Positions 55,514-64,000 of a stretch of 64,000 nucleotides of DNA are shown here, one piece after another; position 1 is the stretch's first letter; each line of letters begins with the position of its first letter. Both the position numbers and the translations under genes were made by a program. This stretch comes from the human T2T-CHM13v2.0 reference genome, Homo sapiens. Under the pieces are notes generated by a model. The model did no database searches and was not told the DNA's origin. It saw only the letters and a list, made by a program, of their open reading frames with translations. The stretch lies in NCBI RefSeq assembly GCF_009914755.1, contig NC_060940.1; one strand, 5' to 3'.

Positions 55514-57555
55514 GATGGATATTTCATAAGCTCATCGGTGGCTTTCAGACATAGAAGATTCCTAGCCACTGTCACATAGAGGCTGAACCACCCAAGGGTG
55601 AGGTGGTTATAAATGACACAAAATGAAACTAGATCAAAATTTTCCAAAACCTCAACCACGTTTCCTTCCCACTTCGAGTCTATGTCTCTGGAAACCTTCC
55701 TCATTTCTTCCCCAGTAGACCTCACAGGCTCACTATTAGAGGTACACCTCAGGGAATATAATGCCCCAATGTCCTGCTGTCCCGAGCAAAAAAAATATTA
55801 GAGCATCATGTCAACTGTTAGACAATGAAGACTGAATACACTAACACGGTGAATACTATTCAGCTATCAAAAATAATGTGCAGATACATAAAAAGGTGTC
55901 TTCAATATTAAGGAAGAAAACTATGAAACAAAATGAAATGCAGTATATATTATATTTATTTATATATATATATATACATATATATTTACACACATGCCCA
56001 ATGAGAGGAGATAAAAAAGGGAAGGAAGAAAGAAGGAGGGAGAGAAAGAACCTATATCAAGTTACAATAGTGATTTATCTGTATATACTAGAAATTTGAG
56101 GGGGATTTTGTTTATATTTTCTTTATTTTTATCATGAAAGTTTCTGGTTTTCTATCATTACCATGTATTTATGTACTAAGAAGAAAAAAAACATATAGTT
56201 CAAATCAGGCAATTTCTTATTCGAGAACACAAAACCAGCTAGATTTGGAGTCCATTTTCCATTGTTTGATCACTTAGCAGCCACACCTCACACATGCTTC
56301 GGGATTGACTTACCCTTCCCACCTTACGACCAAGCTGTGGACACATTTGCTTCCCTGGTAATCAGTGTCCAGGACCCCCTCGGGGTCCTGTCCCTTTCCT
56401 TGGGCTGCCAGAGTCAGCCCCATGCTGGCCTCTTAGAGGTTTACCTGTCGCCTCCCTAAGGCTTTCTGCCCCCAGCATCTCAGTTGGGAACCTCCATCCA
56501 CCAGGGCAGGTGCTCCAATCCCCACTCTCCAAAAACGGAGTGCTCTGGGCTCAGACACCCCCTCTGCAGGTCCAGTCCTCCTGATGTCAGATCCTTTCCC
56601 TAAGACTCCTTCAGTCTCCATCACTGACTCCCCTGAGAAGCCTGCAAAACCTGACAATCTTTCTGTTCCAACCAACCCAAATCTTTTGCTGTTATGATCC
56701 TTGCTGCTAACCTAAAGCCCTTGCCTTCTCTGTGTTTTTTTGTTGACTTGTTTTTGGTTTTCATTTGCTTGTCAATTTTGGTTTTGTACTAACTCTGAGC
56801 ACACTTCTACCCCACTTAGAAGAGGTGGGGAGCCTTGCCTCATTTACCTACAATGGGATATCTGAATGGAAAAAAATATAATGATGGATCGAGAGAAGCC
56901 AATGGCTCCACGCAACATTGAGGATTAACGACAACATTGTGGGAAGAGAAAGAGACAAGGTGCCCTCCCAAGGCAGCACAGAGCTGGCCATGCAGGCTGA
57001 CTCCGTGAGTTTGCACCACTTGCCTGGGCTGGCGCTCAGAGTGGGGATGTGGTTCACGCTGTTTTGGCATTGTACGTTCCTTCCCTCCCTGTGCTGCTCT
57101 TCTGGGACACCAGGCCCAGGGGTGTCTCTCAGAATGTTCTGATCAGAGAGGATCCCAGGATCTGATTATGAAAGGCTGTGGATGCACAGGAGGAGGCCAG
57201 CCTGTGTCTCTGTTCACAAAGCACTCCTTCCTTCACACCACATGGTGAGACCTCAGATGTATCCCCACACTTCCCAGGCAGAAGTCCTTGTGAGCAGAAC
57301 AGGACCCTTCCCTCACCCCTTGTCAATAGCTAAAGTCAGTCTGGGAGAGCAGTGGCTGGAGGGCTCTTTGTCCTGCCCTATAGGATGTGCTTCTAGAACC
57401 TTCTTGACCTCGAACAGAGATCAGCGCCCATATGATCTCTATCAGCAGCCTACAAATTCTGAAAGCATAACAGACATGCCCTGGGCAATGTCACATCTCA
57501 AAACTGTCAAGTGTTGAATCTATTTTCTTAACCTACTGAGAAAACAACTTGATAT

Positions 57556-57756
57556 TTGTTATGAGCTTAAGAACAACCTTATTAATGACATCAAGCTATT
57601 GAGCAGCATTCACTGACTGTCAATTTACATTATGTAACAGAACGTGAAGCTCAATTTCCTTGTGTCACATTTATAATGATTAAATTATCATTATAAACGA
57701 TGTAAAGTCGTTCTGAGCCATAACAAGGTCCCATAAGGTGCTAATTAACTTAGCAC
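57556..57756. other. Nested imperfect inverted-repeat (multi-stem) element
   Basis: Complementary arm pairs read directly: 57556-81/57703-26, 57586-604/57649-67 (continuing inward), 57670-80/57687-97 (perfect 11 bp) and 57738-44/57750-56 (perfect 7 bp). Identity and function unknown. Confidence 0.75.
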
Positions 57757-58040
57757 TTTTCTAAAAAAAGAAATTCTGCCACGTTTTGATAGGAAATGTT
57801 GCCACTTGGGTATACTTACTGGTCCTCAGTAGCACACTTAGGACATATTTTGAAGAGCTTCCTTTTTACCTTGTTGCTAGTTCCTGGAGGAATAATAATA
57901 TCATAAACATACCAGTTCTCCCGTTTGAGTCTAAAATCCATACTGCAGCAACCCTATTGATTCTAAAATAGAAGAAATCACCTTCTATCAATGATACAGT
58001 GATGACTAACATTGGAGAGAGGGTCAAAAGTTGCAGCTCA

Positions 58041-58335
58041 GGCTGGGTGCAGTGGCTTACACCTGTAGTCCCAGCACTCTGTGAGGCCAAGGCGAGAGGA
58101 TTCCTTGAGCCCAGGAGTTCAAGGCCAGCCTGGGCAACATAGTGAGACCCCTATCTCTATAAAAAATAAATAAAATTAGCCAGGTGTGGTAGTGCCTGCC
58201 TGTGGTCCCAGCTACTCAGGAGGCTGAGACAGGAGGATCGCTTGAGCCAGGAATGTCAAGGCTTCAGTGAGCTGTGAACATGCCACTGCACCCCAGCCTG
58301 GGCAACAGAGCAAGACCCCATTTAAAAAAAAAAAA
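58041..58335 (+). mobile_element. AluJ SINE
   Basis: J-type ggattccttgagcccaggagttc and cctgggcaacatagtgagacc. TSD aaaagttgcagctca/aaaactgcagctca. Confidence 0.94.
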
Positions 58336-58669
58336 CTGCAGCTCAGGGGAACCCAGCAAGTATGTCTATAAGTCTCCAGAAATGTTCAGCTCCCTGTAAC
58401 CTTTGCTGGGGGCAGGGTGGGCACAAACCACATCCCCCATCCACAGGCTCAGAAATACTACGTGGTCCCTCCATAGACGTTACTTCTTTTCTTTTCAAGA
58501 TTTAGAATTTTCCAGATTCTTCTAATCTGCAGATAGGGGTGAAGATCAAGATCATACATTGTTCAAGGCTTTCAGGTCATTATTTTATCAGTCCACAGAG
58601 TCTCAGTAATGAACCTCAACTCCTACACACTTTTTTGTCTTTTTCCTCCATTCAAAATGGTTCACATAT

Positions 58670-58960
58670 TACAAAATTCTTTTTAATCTTTAGTTGTGAT
58701 GCTTGTGTTGTAATTATATACTTACAAGATGCCTTTATCATTTAGAAATGTACATATTAAAATAGTCATAGATGAAATGATGAGATGTCTCAGCTTTGTC
58801 CCAAAATAATTTAATGGTGAGGAAGAAGTAGAAGATCTAAATGAAACAAGATTGCTTACAAATCGGCCATTGTTGAGGCTGGGTGCTGGGCACGTAAGAC
58901 TTTATTATATTATCTCTATTTTGTGTGTTTGAATATTTCCATAATGAAAGGCTATAATAA
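58670..58960 (+). mobile_element. L1MC-like 3' end
   Basis: atagatgaaatgatgagatgtct...atgaaacaagattg...ttgttgaggctgggtg...gtttgaatatttccataat. Confidence 0.75.
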
Positions 58961-59398
58961 ATTTCTCAAAACAAAAAAAAATGGATCAGATTAGGAATTG
59001 GTTTGTGTCACTGTGGATAAAGACTAAGAAAATACATTTCAATTGTTTTGTTGTTTTTTTTTTTTTGTAGTTAAGGCTGTTTCAAAGTGCATCTTAGAAA
59101 AGAATATGTGACGCAGCTTCAGACAGTGTTAACTCACTTCAGCAAAATAATACAAGATTTTATCTCAGGCCATAATTGACCTGAGAGATTCTGAAATATC
59201 TATATGATATCTACAGCCTGTGGACATCATGTGTACAAAAAAACTGGCAATAAGAGAGCCACGAAAGTTCTGTGTACTGAATTGAACAGAGAGGACACAC
59301 TGGTATGGAAAAAAGAAGTTTCATGTGCAGATGTGAGCACAATTTCAAACAATGTGGGGAATAGGTGGACTCAGGGCAATAACTTGGCACTGGATGAT

Positions 59399-59772
59399 TG
59401 TATTAGTTCGTTTTCACACTGCTATAAAGAACTACCTAAGACTGGGTAATTTATAAAAAAAAATAGGTTTAATTGACTCACAGTTCCACATGGCTGGGGA
59501 GGCCTCAGAAAACTTAACAGTCATGGTGGAAGGCAAAGGAAGAACAAGGCACATCATACATGGTGGCAAGGAGAGAGAGAGAGAGAGAATGGGGAACTGC
59601 CACACACTTTTAAACCATCAGATCTTGTGAGAAACCACTCACTCTCGTGAGAAGAGCATGGGGTAAACCACGCCCATGTGTCCAATTACCTCTTACCAGG
59701 TCCCGCCCCCAACACGTGGGGATTACAATTCAACCTGAGATTTGGGTGGGGACATAGAGTCAAACCATATCA
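59399..59772 (-). mobile_element. THE1D-like MaLR solo LTR
   Basis: tgtattagttcgttttcacactgctataaagaactacc...gagatttgggtggggacatagagtcaaaccatatca, with TSD atgat/atcat. Confidence 0.93.
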
Positions 59773-59845
59773 ATCATCTTGTATTTCAGCTTGCAAAGAT
59801 GAGCGCATAGGAAGACCACAACTTTATGATGAGGTGGGTGGGTGC

Positions 59846-60266
59846 TGTGAAAACTGATTATGCAAAATGGAGTCATTTTGGTCACACCCAACTAAAATAG
59901 AGTCTGGGAGCCAGAGGGAAAAACACTCAGGTCACAAACACCTACTCCAGGAATTATCTCGCCAGCCCAATCCAAAACCACAACAGCCAGCTACAACTTT
60001 ATGACTGCAAATTTTACCTAGTAACTGCTACTGCTCACCAGTCAGAACCTGCCAGCTCCTGTAAGCCACCAATGAATTTCCTTTCAAAATAATTTACATA
60101 ACCTTCTTCCTTTCCTCCAGTACAACCCCAGCCTTTCCCTTTGTTCTTCAGACACATCTAGGGGCTGCTCTGGTTTATGTATTTCAAATCGCAATCCTAC
60201 TTCTCATATATTATTCCAAAATAAATCCTTTGCTTGGAGATTCATCTCTATTTTTTTATGTTGCCA
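59846..60266 (+). mobile_element. ERV solo LTR (LTR47-like, tentative) inserted in a MIR
   Basis: TG...CA termini, aaaatggagtca near the 5' end, aataaa at ~60220 and flanks gtgc/gtac. The MIR resumes at ~60270-60410. Family name from memory. Confidence 0.65.
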
Positions 60267-61665
60267 GTACTAACATACTAATCTTGTAGATGAAGAGAAT
60301 GAGATTCAGAAAGGTAAAAGACTATCCCAAACCCATAAGGTTAGTAAGAAACAGAGTGGGTATTCAAATTCAAGTTGGGTTTGCTCCAAAGCTCCAAGCC
60401 TTACTACATCATGACTCCCAGAGCTTCCAGTTCTAAGGATGAAAGAGGATATGAACAGTCTTTCCAGGCATCTCGAAATACAGGGACAGAAATCACTTTT
60501 TATGAAATCACCTTAAAATGAGCACAACTCTTAGCATACATAGACGTAGGGGAAGGCGTGGTGAATTATATATTTAAAAACTATTCTTATATTCAAATAT
60601 GACTGGAAGTATTCAGCAGGCAAAAACAGTTGGCCTCTTTTTGGACTAAGATTTGAGGAGGAAGAAAGGACCTTTCTAGTAGATGAAGTTGTAACATACA
60701 GTACTCAGTGAAATAAATTCCTTCAATGTTAATTGCTGACACATCTTAAAGAAAGAGCAAGAACTGGAAGGTCACAGCAGACCTGCATGGTCTCTTGGGT
60801 CAAAATCATTTCTTATTATAAAATTAGATGCCTGAGATACTCTGCCGCCCAAGTGAAATGGGTATCTGCAATGGAAAGATATTTCTAGAAGTCACTTAGT
60901 GAGCAAAGACAGAAAAAAAAAACACAGTTTTCCCTAGAAAACCAAGGAATTTAGTATTCCTATGGGAAATGGGCCAGTAGATAATATGTGAAGTGCTTTG
61001 TACCATATCTCCCTTTTGGAAAGAAATAAAAGTATATTAAAGGCTCTGATAAGTCCTGCATTATGGAGACCCACTGAATGCAAAATTTCCCTCAAACATA
61101 TTTGTATTTCATCAAAAAGCCATTTTTGCATATTACTTATTAAAATCTCAAGAAACTACAATACCTGGAAACACCTTTCATAAAGGGCTGAAGAATATTG
61201 ATGGCATTCCTAGGGAGTTATATACAGAATCTGATCTGCAATCAAAACATGAGACATGGGGATTAAACTCCCCAAGCCCCACACACTACATCCAAGTAGA
61301 CCTCGAACCCAACTTCAGTTGTAATTCAAATTAATTTCATAACAAGCCAACAGGTAGTACTTAGGGTGTTTCATAAACTTAAGCATGTTTTCAGAAGAGA
61401 ATACGTTCTGGGGCTTGATTCTGTTGTAGCATTCAGAAGCAACTATTTGGAGCAAGTAGAATTGGAAATGAGCATTAAAGGATGGGTAAATCTACTCAGT
61501 AGGAGACAAGAGGAAAAAAGGATTTACTTGAAGGAAGGAGAGTGATGTATTCAAATCGCTTATGGCTTCAGTCATCACTGATCAAGCCATGTAAATGAGT
61601 CATTTTAATTTCAGGTGCATTAAATTTAGTACTAGTATTGGTAAAAAAAAAAACTGATTAGTATT

Positions 61666-61707
61666 TGTTTTTGTTTTTTTGTTTGTTTGTTTGTTTGTTT
61701 GTTTTTT
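61666..61707 (+). repeat. (TTTG)n microsatellite
   Basis: Direct reading. Confidence 0.9.
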
Positions 61708-62059
61708 GTAAAATGGCAGGGATCCACTGAAAATAGTTCCATTATTCATAAGCAATTACACAGAAAAAGCTTATTTATCAGCCATTCTAAACAAATAAGA
61801 ACACAAAGTAAACATGATTGATTTCCTAACTTCTGTGAGCATGCCCCAATAGATTACATTGAAATTCTTCTTAAAGGTAGCATTTCTGTCGCTGATCCTG
61901 TGACTAATACACTTAGAACTTCATAAAAGCAGAAAGCAACTGAATCTACATAACAAGCTAGTATTTTCCCAATTCATTATTGCTTCACAGATTTCACTCA
62001 GAAAGACACAGGCTCGTGGGTACTGTTTACAAATGAATGTTGGCCACTCTATAGCTGTA

Positions 62060-62752
62060 CAGTCATCCCTCAGTATCCACTGGGAATTGGTTCCAGGACC
62101 CTGCCATGGATACCAGACTCCACAGCTGCTCAAGTCCCTGATATAAAATAGCATAGTATTATGCAGCCATAAAAAAGGATGAGTTCATGTCCTTTACAGG
62201 GAGATGGATGGAGCTGGAAACCATCACTCTCAGCAAACTAACACAAGAACAGAAAACCAAACACTGCATGTTCTCACTCATAAGTGGGAGTTGAACAAAG
62301 AGAACACATAGACACAGGGAGGGGGACATCACACACCGGGGCCTGTCGGGGGGTGGGGAGCTAGGGGAGGGAGAGCATTAGGAGAAATACCAAGGTAGAT
62401 GACGGGTTGATGGGTGCAGCAAACCACCATAGCACGTGTATACCTATGTAACAAACCTGAACGTTCTGCACATGTACCCCAGAACTTAAAGTATAATTTT
62501 AAAAAGCATAGATTTGCATATAACCTGTGCACATCCTCCTGCATACTTTAAATCATCTCTAGATTACTTATACCCAATGCAGTATCAATGCTATGTAAAC
62601 AGTTGCTATACTGTATTGTTTGGGGACAATGACAAGGACAAAAAATCCACAAATATTCAGTACATACACAACCATCCTTTTTCCCCCAATATTTCAATCC
62701 TCAGTTGTTTGAATCCACAGACGTGGAACTCACAGCTATAGAGAGCCAAGAG
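62060..62752 (+). mobile_element. MER2 (TcMar-Tigger) MITE split by an L1PA
   Basis: ta|cagtcatccctcagtatcc...ttggttccaggaccc...gctcaagtccctgatataaaat | tttgcatataacc...aaatcatctctagattactta...ttgaatccacag. Confidence 0.9.
62160..62505 (+). mobile_element. 5'-truncated L1PA (L1PA7/8-like) 3' end
   Basis: tatgcagccataaaaaaggatgagttcatgtcc...ctcataagtgggagttgaac...gtaacaaacctg...ccccagaacttaaagtataa. TSD-like aaaatagcatagtatt/aaaaagcatagattt. Confidence 0.94.
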
Positions 62753-62964
62753 TATTTTTCTAAGTGAGAAGCCTGAGCCCATGGAAATGCCCATTGTATA
62801 GTTATTTTATATAAATATTTCACTTAGAATATTTCTCCCTAAGCTGTTTATATGTTCCTTCTGCCCGAAAAGTCTTACTCACCTCAGTTCCATCCCTATT
62901 TCTCCTGAGAATTTCCTATTCATCCTTCAAGATGCAGCTGAGGTGCTATCTACTCCACAAATCT

Positions 62965-63225
62965 TTCTGTACTTGCAGACAATGGAAATCTACCTCAAAC
63001 TACCTTAAGCAAAAAAAGGAGGAAACATATGGGGAGAGGAGGGCACGAGGAGCCATTCACTGGATCATGTAACAAGAAGTACCAGGACTAATGTCCGGCA
63101 GCAAACATGGTTGGATCCAGAAGCTTGAATGTTATTACTGGGACGTTGTCTTTCCCTCCTTCTCCTAGGTCTGCTTTCCTCTGTTCTTTGCTTTCATTCT
63201 TAGGCAGATGCCCCAGCAGTTCAAG
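62965..63225 (-). mobile_element. Old MLT1 (MLT1K-like) LTR fragment
   Basis: cttgcagacaatggaaatctacctcaaactaccttaagcaaaaaaagg...ggatcatgtaac...ggttggatccagaagcttgaat...gctttcattcttaggcag. Confidence 0.55.
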
Positions 63226-64000
63226 ACAGTGTTCTCACTGTAACAGAAGAGCAATGCTAGTCTGTTACACTATTACACTATTACACTATTAAAATCCACC
63301 CTAAAATATAAGAGTATACTTTTTGATTTTGACATAAATCTTTGCAACAAACCTTCAATGACCTTAGATTGATGTGGGAAAGTGTCTCTCCATCTTTTCT
63401 AGAATATGTTCCATTCACTGACAGACTTTCTCCAAATGATAAGAAAGATGGCCAGTGGCCACCCCAAATTGACACTCCATCCCATTAGCAAACCTGGCTA
63501 AATGAGTCTCTGCCAACGGCTACGTCATAAAATTCCCACGGAGACATTTATTGGTGTGGGTCACATGCCTACTGTTGTTCCCAGGGGGTTCTGAGTCAGC
63601 CCCACTCAGAACATGCAGGCTTTATTCTTCACAAGAAAGAGGTTCATTACCGGCAAAGAGAAGAAAGGGGTACTGGAGAGACAGAAACAACAGTTGCCCT
63701 TGAACCCTGTTCAGAGCCTCCTCGTCTGGGTGAAGATCCTCTTTCCCAAGCTCTCACGTAATCCTGGAAAAACCTCCGTTGGTGCAGTTAAGCCTCTCTT
63801 GGTGCATTACTGTCACCTGTGTACGTGCAGCACTCGACAGCTGCACAGTAAGTATTCATGGATAAGAGCATGAAGCTCCAAGCAGAAGTATCAGTGACCA
63901 CAGTCAATCAGAGTGGCTGTCATGGTAGAAAAGGAATGTGGATTTGAAAAAGAGATGGAGAGAGAGTGATGTTTGCTGGACGTGTGAGTGTGAGAGTGAG

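Noticed and set aside
62337-62372. G-quadruplex-forming G tracts (also at 4549-4575)
   Set aside because: These are ordinary, well-described features of L1 3'UTRs.

Overview
This 64-kb window is non-coding DNA from a simian primate, most likely human. It carries AluJ/S/Y SINEs, THE1 LTRs and an L1PA 3' end on top of older mammalian MIR, L2, L1M, MLT1 and MER DNA-transposon fossils. I find no supportable protein-coding gene, rRNA, tRNA or CRISPR array. The ORF-track entries are short chance ORFs or translations of repeats; one is a recognisable L2 reverse-transcriptase remnant. I cannot name the locus from sequence alone. Repeat subfamily names come from recalled consensus features and need RepeatMasker/Dfam confirmation. 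Boundaries of old elements are approximate. The most notable structure lies in the apparently unique DNA: (i) a ~200-bp nested inverted-repeat element at 57.56-57.76 kb that could fold into a multi-stem structure; (ii) an ~85%-identical pair of ~230-250-bp segments at 32.2 and 33.7 kb with diverged transcription-factor motifs; (iii) a homeodomain/TCF/SOX motif-dense, enhancer-like block at 52.7-53.3 kb; (iv) a strong CTCF/YY1 site in a CpG-retaining patch at 38.2 kb; (v) an intact LTR8B-like solo LTR; and (vi) weak splice-signal hints of a minus-strand lncRNA. Nothing here demonstrates a new biological system; these are testable candidates.
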